A stretch of DNA of 64,000 bases, taken from the NCBI GenBank assembly GCA_032718475.1, contig JAUCBJ010004537.1:62001-126000 (forward strand). Direction: 5' to 3'. The notes below the pieces were generated by a model that was not told the DNA's origin, did not search any database, and saw only the letters and a list, made by a program, of their open reading frames with translations. The translations under genes were made by a program, and so were the position numbers. Origin of the DNA: Nemertoderma westbladi (lineage: Eukaryota; Animalia; Xenacoelomorpha). The first letter of the stretch is position 1, and every line of letters begins with the position of its first letter. Positions 49,812 through 61,235 of the stretch are shown here, piece by piece.

Positions 49812-52430
49812 ATGGCTACGTTCCCTCCATTTACATTTTCTCCGGACGAACTCTCATTCGATTCGGTTAAACACGTCTTTCAGCTCCATAATGGAAAAGT
49901 AAAACATTCCTTATTGTTCGAGGTTTTTAAGGATTTCCTTAGTGACCCGGACAATAAAGACATCGCCAGGGACCAGTTCAAGGATTACGTATCGCGGCTA
50001 TCAACGGTGAAAAAGGATGAGAATGGTGATCTCTGGCTTTATCTCAAGAAAGTGTATTTCGAGAGAACAGTAGTTGATAATCCCGCTTCCAAGGGAAATA
50101 CATCGAAAGGAAATTCTCCATCCACTGTGTTCAAAGCAGAAGAGCTTGCGGTGGATGAACTAGTTTCGAGTTGTAGTAGTCAAATCGATGATAGTATCAC
50201 ATTGCACGAAACACCTAGACAAGTTCAAAGTGTCCATGAGGATGTATCTCATTCGGACAGTGGAAGACGTGATCTACCCAGTAGTCCATCCAATGATGAT
50301 CCATCCAATTCTGAAACAATTCATATTGACTCGTCATCTTATAATGAGAGACACGGCACGTTTTGTAAATATAGTGATTCTGAAGAAACCCATGACGACA
50401 TTACTGGTGATATCGAAGTTGTACCGAAGGAATCAGATAACAGAGAGGAAAAGTTTGATAAAAACGAGGTCGATGTTCAACAAACTGAGAACGGAATAAA
50501 TCTTGATAGTCAGAAAAATACCAACGTTATAGAAACAATTCCTCCAACTACGAATGAACCACGTGTTCCCAATAGCTCAGGTACTGCTGATATTAAGAAG
50601 GATATTTTAGAAACGCAAACGCCAGTTACCAAAACTACTGCTGATAGTAAAAAGGAAAAGAAAGATGTTAATATCGGCAAAACAACAGTAAGTGGTGTTA
50701 AGTCTAAAAAGGATAAGAGAAGAGAGACGCAAGTTCCAAAAATAGCAAATGAAAGTAAGAAAGATAAGAAAGAAAAACATGTTCACAAAACAACTGATGA
50801 TAGTAAGAAAGATCGAAATTCTTCCAAAACAACTGCTGATAATAAGAAAGATCGAAGTTCTTCGAAAATTGTTGCTGATAGTAAGAAAGATAGAAGTTCT
50901 TCAAAGACCACTGCTGATAGCGGTAGTAAGAAAGATAGAAGTTCTTCAAAAAATACTTCAGATGGTAAGAAAAATAAAAGTTCTTCAAAAACTACCTGTG
51001 ATGGTAAGTCTGTTAATAAGAAGGATATCAAAGAATCGACTGTTCTCAATAATTTTGTTAGTAATGCGAGTGACGCTGTTGTTGTTCATAATGATAATGA
51101 GATTGAAGGCACGGTATCCAGCGTTTCTGTTGGCGATAAACGAGAACCCTGTGTTTCCCAAACTTCTGATGATAATAAGGAAGAAGCTGTTGTTCCTAAA
51201 AGTTATGTTGAGGATAAAGAAGAATCGAATGTTCCCAAAACGACTGATAATAACGATATTAATAAAGAGGAAAATGTTGTTAAACCGTCGGCTGTGGATG
51301 AAACGTCAAAGGAAATCCTGGAAAATGTTGTGAGAAATCTCGACGGTAAGAAGAACGGGAATGTTAAGGTGATTCGTTCCGGGTCCTCCCGTCGTCTCTC
51401 TTCTATGAGCGTTACCTCGGAAACCGATTCCCTACCCGACGGAGAAAGTTTCGAGGTCGAGGAATACATCCCGTTGACGATTACCGAGAAGCGCTGGATG
51501 CTGGAGTCGGCGTCCTGCAACATATCCGCGCTAACCGGTATGCTGGAGGAGGACGCGAGTTTAATTAACCGACGGGATTTCATGCAGGGCTGGTCCGCGC
51601 TGCATTGGGCCGCCAAGCACGGCGACATGGCCTGCACCGTGGCGCTCATGAAGGCCCCCGGGGTCGACGTGAACCTCCAAACCCACTCGGGATACACGCC
51701 GCTGCATCTCGCCTGCATCTACGGGAAGTACCACATCGTACCCATCCTGATGGTCCGTTACGACAGCCCGATAGGGGGCGCCGCGAAGTCTGAGGATTTG
51801 CCGCCCCAGCTGGCCGACCCCAACCTCCGGTCCCACAGCGGGAAGAAACCGCTGGCTTACATTAAGGACAGCGATGTAAACCGGAAGGACCCTATCGATG
51901 ATTTAGCGATGGTGTTACTCGAGGAGGAGACCTTAGTCTACACGCCCGGGCACGGGTACCGCCCGATTAAACCGAAGAAAGGTCTAACCGTGAAGATACC
52001 GAAGCGGCATAGCAACGTAGGTCTGTCCCAGAGGGATCTAAACTACATCTCGAGGGGGGGAGTGTCCCCGACCGAGAGGAACTCAACGCCGAGTCTCTCG
52101 TCCAAGCTGACGAACTACAGACGGGCCAGTCAGGCGGCCAACTCCGGGGTCCCTATGCCGGGGTGGATGACCTCGAGTCTGCCGCGGTCCCCCGGGGGGT
52201 TCGGGGCTATAGACGAGGACAGCGAGGTCGGGGTGGGGGAGGAGCCCCCCTCCCCCAAGGGGAACATCCGACGGCATTGCAGTCTCAGGCAGCAGCGTCG
52301 GGGAGGGGGCAGGGTCACTCAGCTGAGACGCAAGTTCCAGAGTCGTGTCCATGGAGACGGGGAGTCTGCCAGACCGAAAAGTGCGCCTCTTCCGCACACA
52401 AAGAGTCTAGGCGATTTGGGAGACAAATAA
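49812..52430 (+). CDS. SOWAH: Sosondowah (SOWAH) family ankyrin-repeat protein, 872 aa, single coding exon
   Basis: N-terminal SOWAH-type domain (GKVKHS.L...FK.FL...ARDQFKDYV..LSTVK...YLKK). EKRWML...N.RDFMQGWSALHWAAKHG and GYTPLHLAC ankyrin repeats. Confidence 0.9.
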   Translation: MATFPPFTFSPDELSFDSVKHVFQLHNGKVKHSLLFEVFKDFLSDPDNKDIARDQFKDYVSRLSTVKKDENGDLWLYLKKVYFERTVVDNPASKGNTSKGNSPSTVFKAEELAVDELVSSCSSQIDDSITLHETPRQVQSVHEDVSHSDSGRRDLPSSPSNDDPSNSETIHIDSSSYNERHGTFCKYSDSEETHDDITGDIEVVPKESDNREEKFDKNEVDVQQTENGINLDSQKNTNVIETIPPTTNEPRVPNSSGTADIKKDILETQTPVTKTTADSKKEKKDVNIGKTTVSGVKSKKDKRRETQVPKIANESKKDKKEKHVHKTTDDSKKDRNSSKTTADNKKDRSSSKIVADSKKDRSSSKTTADSGSKKDRSSSKNTSDGKKNKSSSKTTCDGKSVNKKDIKESTVLNNFVSNASDAVVVHNDNEIEGTVSSVSVGDKREPCVSQTSDDNKEEAVVPKSYVEDKEESNVPKTTDNNDINKEENVVKPSAVDETSKEILENVVRNLDGKKNGNVKVIRSGSSRRLSSMSVTSETDSLPDGESFEVEEYIPLTITEKRWMLESASCNISALTGMLEEDASLINRRDFMQGWSALHWAAKHGDMACTVALMKAPGVDVNLQTHSGYTPLHLACIYGKYHIVPILMVRYDSPIGGAAKSEDLPPQLADPNLRSHSGKKPLAYIKDSDVNRKDPIDDLAMVLLEEETLVYTPGHGYRPIKPKKGLTVKIPKRHSNVGLSQRDLNYISRGGVSPTERNSTPSLSSKLTNYRRASQAANSGVPMPGWMTSSLPRSPGGFGAIDEDSEVGVGEEPPSPKGNIRRHCSLRQQRRGGGRVTQLRRKFQSRVHGDGESARPKSAPLPHTKSLGDLGDK
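50785..51010 (+). repeat. Coding 39-bp (13-aa) tandem repeat KTTADSKKDRSSS within SOWAH
   Basis: Five to six in-frame copies. Confidence 0.8.
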
Positions 52431-52783
52431 TTAAACCTATTTATATATTTTTTAATTATGTATTTAATCGCAATCATTCCTTATTAATTGTTTTGATTTA
52501 TAGCCAAATATTTCCCCAATATTATATTAATTGTGCTACTTATATTTCCCCACCTGACTTTATTTAATTGTTTATTTTATTGTTCGATATTTTTCATGGT
52601 GTATTTTCTATATTTAAATTAATAACGACGGTTTGGCCTCTTTGGTAAATTAATTATTATATAATTATCTATTTTTTAACGGTTTATAAATGTAACTGTT
52701 GGTATTTTTGGTGACATTTAATTTAAGTGAATCTTGTACGTTTTTCTAAGTACCGAACGTAATATATAATGTGGACGCATGTT

Positions 52784-53054
52784 TGTGGGGCCTTCGAGCA
52801 GCACGGAGTATAGATGGTCAAGGCCCCCCCTACACCCGCCGACAACGGAACTGTATAATTATATCTGTGTGGAGAATTTCTAAACTTTTGATAGACTAGG
52901 CCTACATGTGTACCAAGTTTGGTTCCATTTCATCTATGATTGACCGACTTATTAGCGTTCAAACATTTCCAAGGATAGGCCGTCGTCGTTTACGAATAAT
53001 ATCCTAATTATACCGCCACGCAAAGGCTCATCTGGCGTCGTGGCTCGCCCCACA
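52784..53054. mobile_element. Short repeat with tgtggggc...gccccaca ends
   Basis: Related fragments at ~4655 (tttgtggggccttcg) and 21330-21462 (tgtgtaccaagtttgg...gtggctcgccccaca). Confidence 0.55.
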
Positions 53055-54873
53055 GTATTTTCTGGTTTACTTACCGGTATGTGGTTTACTGTAATAGCGT
53101 GTGGTCTACTGGTGGATTGAGGAGGGCGAACTAACTAACTAGCTTTACTAATTTGTCGTCGACTGTACATTGTAAGCTAATTACATAAGCTAAAAAACAG
53201 TAAGCTAAAATTGAATCTCAATAAATTGCCATCTACTGTCTACTACAATGCCATTGAGCTAGTAGTACTAACAGCAGTTGGAACAAACCTCATATTGAAA
53301 TCTCAACTGGAACTCCATAAATCAACCACGTATTCTTTATTCAGTTGTAGATATTTTATAGTTGTGTATCTGTCTTTCTCTATGCACATTTATTGAATGA
53401 TTCACAAATCAGTCAGTCAGCGACATACAATCCCTGGACAAATACCGGAACCTAAATAGTTTTTTCTTTGATTTATTTTTTGTCAAAATTATTTTTTATT
53501 ATTTAATTCCGGTTTATGTGATTTTGGTTAGAGCGAGCTTCTATAAATAGATAACTAAACTAGAATGAGATATTATTTATTATTCCTTAGCATTCCATTG
53601 CATCACACGCCTGACGCAGGTTACAAGAATTATTATACGTACCGGTACTGTAATTATCGTACAATAACAGCATCAAGGATACAACAGTACACGATTAGTT
53701 TCATTTCGTGTTATTATAATTAGCTAATCTCTCTTTGGTGTTGTTGTTCCTTCATCCCATCGCGCTGCAATCAACTGAAGCTCTTTATTGGAATGACTTA
53801 AACTTAAACGTTGAAATTCCCTTTGATAAAGTTCGATAGTTTTCGTTATCAGCGCAGCAATAAATAATGCAGATTTATATTATCTTTATATGTTTCGCTC
53901 TAAATTTAAAATAATAATAATTGTGATGTTTCATTCTTACAACTTTGTTATACAGCCAAACAATCAGTGTTGTAATTCAATGTAATAAATGATTTGCAAT
54001 GTTAATAATGCTTGGTGCCTATAATTGTTGAATTGTAATTTATTTAGAAATTAACTTAATTATTTTTTGCAGTAATCGTCAACAGTATTTAGTATATTTT
54101 TCCAATTTGTGCTAATAATAATAGTTAATTCGAAAAAGTGACCTCTTTTATTATAATATATTGTAATTATTAGTCAGTGATAGTTTTGAGATATTTATAT
54201 TTGTTGAACAAATATGCAGTTAATATTATTTGTGTTTTTCAACTTAAAAAAATGATTATTATTGTTATTATGAAATTGTGTTGTTAAATTTAATGTTATT
54301 TTTAAAAACCGACACGAAATTAAAACTTCACTTTTTGACGATTTTGATGTAGCTGGTACACCAGCTAACAAGCGCACTACCTCGACGCCGAGGGTAAATA
54401 TTTTAACTGATTCTGGTAGGTAATATTGTTGTCATCAATAATCCGACTGATACCCAACTGGTATCATTGGGGGTTTTCCTAAAAGTGATCAAATTCTACA
54501 CTGTATCATGACTTTGTGAAAAAAGCAATACGATTTTCGGTCCCACAGTTTTCGTGTTCCAGAACGTTTTTAGGCGCTGTTATTAGCCCCGGTTTTAAGT
54601 TATAAAGTATGATAATTATCGTAATGACAATGAAGTTTTTCTCAGTTAAATTAATTTTAAAAATTTATTCAATAACATACCTTTGCATCAACATTAAACT
54701 TAAAGTAAGTATCTTAAAAAATAAAAAAAAATCATTTAACATTTTATTGCAATGAGTGTATTAAATTCAACTTTCAGCCAAAAACTTTCAATAATCACAC
54801 TTTACATAATCGTCTCCATCAAAAATATGTGAGGTTTCAATGAAATGAAAATTGTCATAAAAGCGCGCCATAA

Positions 54874-55594
54874 AGGCCTGTTTACACGTGGCAACATTTA
54901 GAGCAACTTTCTCGGCAACTTGTAGTTAATGAAAAAAAGTTGCCGTAAAAGTTGATAAAAATTTATGGGAACTTTATAAGTAATAATAACTTTTAAGGCG
55001 AATTATAGCGGGATAATCAAATTAAATTAAACGGCATTAGCGAAGCCCAATTTTTTCTTGTGAAAAATAGCTTTTATTATGAGGTTTTTATTCTAGAACA
55101 ATATAATTTATTTGACCTTTTGACAGTAAGATTGTAGCTAGAAATTTTGATTTTGTGTTAGCTAGTACTTTTTATTAGCTAGTGAAACAATGAAAATTGA
55201 AAATTTGAAAAAAAATCCTTAAAAAAATTACTTTTATCATTGCTTTTATTATTTATTAGCTACCATAAATTTGACTAGCTATCATGATAATTTAATTTCA
55301 AAATTTTTAAAAGGTTATTTTATTAATTTTATACACGTATTATATCCATCCCATGCTTTTTAAATACTAACCAGGCCTTTGTCTAAAAAATCTTCTAGAA
55401 CAAAAAATATTTGTTCTAGAATATAATTTTTTTCAAAATAAAATGGCAAAATTTCAAAAAAAATAAATTATCAAAAACTAGCTTGTAGATAAAATTTTTG
55501 TGAGTGGTGAATGCATACTGAACCAGTCAGTACCCACTATTTTACAGTCAAAATAGCCAAGTTGCTCTAAAAGTTGCCACGTGTAAACTGGCCT
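54874..55594. mobile_element. PIF/Harbinger-like MITE
   Basis: aggcctgtttacacgtggcaacatttagagcaactt ... aagttgctctaaaagttgccacgtgtaaactggcct, with TAA/TAT flanks. Confidence 0.7.
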
Positions 55595-55801
55595 TATAAG
55601 TTAATTGTAAAGGAAACATTGAAGAAATTATTTGTTTATTTTCAACAGTAAATTTATTACTAAAATACAGTATATATGGAAGCAATGGAGACAATTTTAA
55701 TAATTGCAAATTACACAAAATCCTCAATGATGCAAGCAGGGCACTATCATTAAAAACCATGCAACCTTCGAATGGTCATGTCGCAGCTATTTTTCAACGA
55801 A

Positions 55802-57658
55802 TGGGGTAGACGACTCGGAAATTTTTTTTCGAGTTTTCGTTGGTTTCATGTGGAAGAGCATGTGAAAAAACCCCAGAGAGCAATTTTACTTCAAAAAAAA
55901 TAATATTGGCAGAGTTATAGCAATTTTAAAACGCAAAATTAGCAACATCGAAAAATCAGGCCGTTTCAGAAAACTGCACGAGTGACGTCAGCCATAACAC
56001 AGCAACAGTTGCCAAGCGCAGTTGATTGGCTAATATAAAGTATAATATTGCAGTATCTAAAATAAAACAAATGATAAATGTAGCTAAGTATTTATTTAGA
56101 TGTGTATTTGTGTTGTGTTAAGAATCGATTATAGGATAACGGTATGGAGGCAAATTATTCATATCAAGTTAATTATTCCCGAATAATATTTATTTCGCCC
56201 ATACCTGTATCGTAGAGCTGTATGTAGCTAAAAATAAATATAGCTAGCTAAATACTGCCAGGCGTTTCATTAATCTATTTTCTAATTGTTTTTACAGCGA
56301 ACAATGCGGGATGGGTAGATTAGCATTAGATGGAAATTATTTAGATTTTTTGTCAGTTCACTGTAAAGTGTTACTGGTACTAGTGTTGCACGTGTAACCA
56401 TTATTCTGCCTTTCATAATAGCTGTTATTGGTTTGACATCCAAAAATATCAAAATACCAAAAAATACCAAAACATAATGTTTTGGGCTATTGGTTTATGT
56501 TCTTGACATATTTTGGCTAGTTACATGTGAAAAAAAAAATGTTTTAAAGAAAATAAAAACTAATGTTTGTGATAGCTAGTGTTTTCAATGGTATGTACTG
56601 TTTTAATATTGTAGCTAGTGTTTTTATAAAATACCACAAAATCTTATTTTTTGATGCCATTTCAGATGCCATTACACCAACGCACGTGGTAGAAGTAAAA
56701 TGTCCAACATCAAAACATGCCATTCAAAAATCTTATCTTACACAATCGAATATCGTAAGCGCTAAATTCATGTCACAAATCCAACTTCAAATGCATCTTT
56801 GCAATAAACAATGGGCCTTGATTAGCGTAGCAGATCCATCTTTTGAAATAAATGGCGAAGTGAAAATAGTTGAAGTATCATATGATTTCATATACATGCA
56901 AAGTTTACTGAAAAGTAGTAGTAGCTTCTACAAGAAATATATATTTCCCAAAATTGTGAAAAAATAGATAATTAAAAAATGTAAATTATAGTTATAGTTC
57001 AACTAAATTCTGATTAATGCTGATTGTATTGAGATGGCAGCTGAAGATACTACGTCATCCATTACAGCTACATGGACTAACTATCAATGCTTTTTGGAAT
57101 TCAATAATTTAACTTGTATAAAAATAATTACAATCGAAAAAGTGCGAATCCACAATCCGTATCCGAATCCGTAATCTAAGTTTTGAAGCTGAATAAAACA
57201 TCAATAAGCTACTGGATTTCTACCACCTGGCAGTTTTAGCTACAAAATATGTTTTATTTTTATAGCTAACAACTGTATAGTTTGGGAAAAATAATTATTA
57301 TTCTGGAATAATTAACTTGTCATGAATCAATTTCCACATTAAGATATCAAATAATGTATTCTTAACACAACACAAAAACACACTACATAAATATTAGCTA
57401 CACAATTTATTTTAGTTACTAAGAGATTTATATTGTATAGTAACCAATGAACATTTACTGCTGCACTAGTGACGTCACTAGTGCAGTTTTCTGAAACGGC
57501 CTGATTTTTCGATGTTGCTAATTTTGCGTTTTAAAATTGCTATAACTCGGCCAATATTAATTTTTTTTAAGTAAAATTGCTCTCTGGGGTTTTTTCACAT
57601 GCTCTTTCACATGAAACCAACGAAAACTCGAAAAACATTTTCCGAGTCGTCTACCCCA
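55802..57658. mobile_element. Internally deleted Kolobok element with YqaJ/lambda-exonuclease remnant
   Basis: ~190-bp TIRs (tggggtagacgactcggaaa...), TTAA on the right. DAI...VVEVKCP...QIQLQMHLCNK at 56660-56967 is a YqaJ-type PD-(D/E)XK motif. Confidence 0.75.
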
Positions 57659-57661
57659 TTA

Positions 57662-57963
57662 AGTCTTACATATTTTGGATCCTTGCAAGGCCAGCTTTCT
57701 AACAGTACCAACAAATCACTATAAGGTTGAAGAATAATTGTGGTGGTAAGTGGTGTAACTGGTGCAATATCGACGGAGACACTTTTTTCAAACGCTTGTA
57801 ACTAAGGAATGAACGCCAAAATAAAAATTCTGGCTCACCCACGGAGGAGGAGGGAGGTGAAACTGTCTCTGATTCAAATTTCATTAAGATTTGTAGAAAA
57901 ATTGGGAAGGGGAGGGGATGGGATACGTTTCACTGAATATAGACACTATTACGGGAGATGGTG
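57662..57963. mobile_element. Arm of the CAC-terminus MITE family
   Basis: Homologous to 30270-30540, ending gagatggtg|TA. Confidence 0.7.
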
Positions 57964-58487
57964 TACGTGCACTGTAGGTTGGCTACATGGTTGACAGTTG
58001 TAGCGTGACTCGGTGAGTTAATAAAGCTAACGTAATTGTATAAAAGTATCAAAAGTGTGTTATATTAGTCGCCGTTGTCCTTCTATACCTGTGATACGTC
58101 GTGGATTTTGGCAAAGCTCACTGTAGCCGACGAGGTACTATGTTATGGCGTCATATCATATAGTTATTGAGTTGTTTAACATTAATATATTAATAAACTT
58201 GGAACCATTACAAACAAACTTCAATGTTTGTGATCATTTTAATAGATTTTACTGTAGTTATGAAATATTTTTGATAGACCGTAATTATTAAAGGCCACAT
58301 TTTTAGGCCTGTTTTGGATTTCGAATCTTTTTCTCTTTTTTTTCCCAGATGTCATTTGGAATCTAGAATTCTAATTGAATAATTAATATTTACTACGAGG
58401 TGAATAAAACTGTACTTTACGACTTTATCTCTCGTTTTAATGTAACATTTACATCGTCAAATATTTTATTTACGGATATTATAAAGT

Positions 58488-58653
58488 ATGGCAGACACTA
58501 TTGATTGGCAGGGGGCCGAAAAGGTTTATTACAAGATCGTAAACACCGGCATCAGAACCTTTGTGTTATCACCTCACACCCGTCATGGAGTTCAAGTTAA
58601 AACGGCAGCGAGACCAATCCATTATACCTTAAACAGCGGGTTCAACAATACAG
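58488..58653 (+). CDS. Unrecognised 330-aa 7-exon gene, exon 1
   Basis: ATG at 58488, MADTIDWQGAEKVYYKIVNTGIRTFVLSPH...GFNNT, donor G|GTTAGT, phase 1. Confidence 0.7.
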
Positions 58654-58866
58654 GTTAGTAACGTTTGGGAAAAGTCAGATTAATATAGTCGTTGTATTTA
58701 GGATATAAATTATCGTTATTAATTTAATTTACGCCAAATTTAGATTCGGCCTAAACTAAGGTTTGTTAGTTTATAAAAAAACCTTCGTCGCTGTTCATCC
58801 CAAATAATTGTAAGATTTAGAAAAATACCCCCTTAATACAATCATAAAACCAACTATTTGTCTCAG

Positions 58867-58961
58867 GTTTGATTGAACAAAACACATTCCAGGCCGTTGT
58901 CCCCGCAACCGGTGGAACTGCTACACGCGGTAGTCATGGAAACATGCCACTACTTGGCAGG
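58867..58961 (+). CDS. Unrecognised 7-exon gene, exon 2
   Basis: tgtctcAG| ...LIEQNTFQAVVPATGG...LLGR |GTTAGT, phase 1 to 0. Confidence 0.75.
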
Positions 58962-59398
58962 GTTAGTTAAGCCATACAACTATATTTTCTCAAATTAAAT
59001 TGAAATAAATAACCGTAAAATAAAGTAATTATTTTGCTCACAAATTTTGTTAAATTCGAACAATAGTTTCTATAAAACTAATTCGAGAAATTGAAAAATG
59101 TAGTTCACCCAGATATTCTGCCTTTGTATGATTGCGTTTTCGTTGAATTTTAGTACCGGTATAAAAATAAATCAATGAAATTTTTCAATCAATAAGAGTG
59201 TTTTGAATGGGTCGGGCTGGTTATAGGATAAACTTGGCAGTTGTATAACCAGAATAATTCATGAAATTGCACTGTAACACAATTGAAATTCCCGCCTAAA
59301 CATGAAGTTTACTTTTTGAGATGTAATTATTTTATAAGTCGGACGATCAAAGTAGGTCTACATCCTCCTGTAACAAACATTTATTTATTTACCCTTAG

Positions 59399-59578
59399 CT
59401 TCCAACAGATGATGCCAATATAACATCAGCTGTAAACAAACAAGCATTTAGTGTTCAGCCAACCAAAGTAGTTAGTCTACCAAAGGTTAATCATCTGACG
59501 CCGGCGGCAGAATTTATCAGTTCGCTGAGTAAACATCGGGCTGTCCGCAGCGTCCTGACGACTAACGAAAAACTATTG
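59399..59578 (+). CDS. Unrecognised 7-exon gene, exon 3
   Basis: cccttAG| LPTDDANITS...TNEKLL |GTAAGT, 180 nt, phase 0 to 0. Confidence 0.8.
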
Positions 59579-59802
59579 GTAAGTTAACTAATTATTATCC
59601 TTCGCTACTAAGGGCTAACATATAACTTTTTTTAGATAACTGCGAATGCGTTAGACACTTAATTAATATCGTAAATAAACCATGTCACGTGCGTTCTGCA
59701 TGCGGGGGGGGGGGGGGGGGGGGGGGGTTACTGTAATAAACAATGGTAAGATCCCATTACAGTTATATTAATACATAGAGGTTTTTTTTAAATATATTTC
59801 AG

Positions 59803-59928
59803 GCATCATTCCCTCCTCACATAAAATCCAACGAATGGCCTCCGCCTGCTAAGAGTAGACAACATCTACGGTACGAGAATGGGGAGGAATTAAAGAGAAA
59901 GGCGAGGTTCCTAAAGCAAGCATCTCAG
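59803..59928 (+). CDS. Unrecognised 7-exon gene, exon 4
   Basis: atttcAG| ASFPPHIKSNEWPPP...RFLKQASQ |GTATGA, 126 nt. Confidence 0.8.
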
Positions 59929-59964
59929 GTATGAGTTAGTTTAGTCTAGAGCAGTGTTCAAGTT

Positions 59965-60150
59965 ACTATTAAATTTGTTCTAGAACGAAAACCCAAGGTA
60001 CTACTTAATTTGTTCTAGAATAAGTACCCAAGGTACTACTTAAATTTGTTCTAGAATAAGGACTCAAGGTGGCATTTAATTTAGTCTGGAACAAGTATCC
60101 AAGGTAAGATTTTATTAATTCTAGAACAAGTACCAAAGGTAAGATTTAAT
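59965..60150. repeat. Intronic ~31-bp tandem repeat containing TTCTAGAA
   Basis: aatttgttctagaataagtacccaaggtactactt-like units, about 5 copies. Confidence 0.7.
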
Positions 60151-60173
60151 GTCGAGTATCTTTTATCTTTTAG

Positions 60174-60331
60174 GTTAACGCTAATCCTCACCGGATTGAC
60201 CGGTTATATTACCTAAAGGCCAGTAACGTTAACATGCGGGATCGCAGTGAGATAGTTGCTGAGAGACTAAATCGGATGCGAATTCTAGAACGACATCGAT
60301 ACGGTGTTTACTCGCAAGAGGGCGAAGCAAC
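60174..60331 (+). CDS. Unrecognised 7-exon gene, exon 5
   Basis: atcttttAG| VNANPHRIDRLYYLK...SQEGEA |GTAAGT, phase 0 to 2. Confidence 0.8.
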
Positions 60332-60624
60332 GTAAGTAGGTTCCCTGATTGTGTTTCTTAAGCTCCTGTATGGTTGCTAAGATGCAGTAGGCCTACAGAA
60401 TGGAAACGTGCGAACTCTGGGAGACAGGTAAAGCTTGTTCTGTAGGATTTTAACTTTGAGTTTGGGAGGGCAGGGGTGGGGGTATGCGCGAATTATAAAA
60501 TAATAATAAAAAGGGTTATAAATAGTTTATTTATTTTATATAATTTAATTTATTGGTAAATTCTTACCGCTGGTAAATGATAATAATCCTTTATCACAAA
60601 ATTAATAAACTACATTTTATATAG

Positions 60625-60765
60625 AGACAATAAAGATACATTGGCTATCACTGATCAACCAGCGGTCACAAAAACTGTCGAAGGTAACGATGGCGATCGA
60701 ATGGAGAAGGGGGTGGAAGGTTCCAGAAAGAAGGACAATGAACAGGAACGTGTAGTGACTCAAGG
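60625..60765 (+). CDS. Unrecognised 7-exon gene, exon 6
   Basis: tttatatAG| DNKDTLAITDQP...ERVVTQ |GTTGGT, phase 2 to 2. Confidence 0.7.
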
Positions 60766-61108
60766 GTTGGTTTGCCGCATCGCCGCATTTTTAATCACTT
60801 ATGACACTTATCACTAGGTCTACATATCGAATGTAGATCTAGATTGTTTTGAATTTAATTTTACCTTTTTCTTTTCTTAGAGTTTAATATCATATACCGG
60901 TACCACTATAATACATGTTAATTACAGTGACGGTGCCATTGTGAATGATACTCTGTGTCTCTGGTAATTCCGCAGCTTAACACTGTAGGCCTACTAATTC
61001 TGTAAGAACATGGAAACTACAAATTTATTCCTGTTCGTTATTCTCCAAATACGTTTTTATACGACAATTTTTTTATACAGTAATTAAAATGTATTAATCG
61101 TATTTCAG

Positions 61109-61235
61109 AACATTTCTCACTGAGACTGAAGATATTGGTGAACTTCCCGAACCAATCGATGAAGTTGTTAACAATGAAGTGGAAGGCAGTGTTGATAGCC
61201 TTGAATCCGAGCCGCGGGAGGACAACAGCACGTGA
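61109..61235 (+). CDS. Unrecognised 7-exon gene, exon 7 (terminal)
   Basis: tatttcAG| TFLTETEDIGELPEP...EDNST TGA. Confidence 0.75.

Noticed and set aside
50704-52567. Overlapping alternative-frame and antisense ORFs in SOWAH
   Set aside because: Shadow ORFs from repetitive or GC-rich coding sequence.
56563-56967. Prophage or bacterial transfer of YqaJ
   Set aside because: Enclosed by eukaryotic TIRs with TTAA; no other phage genes.
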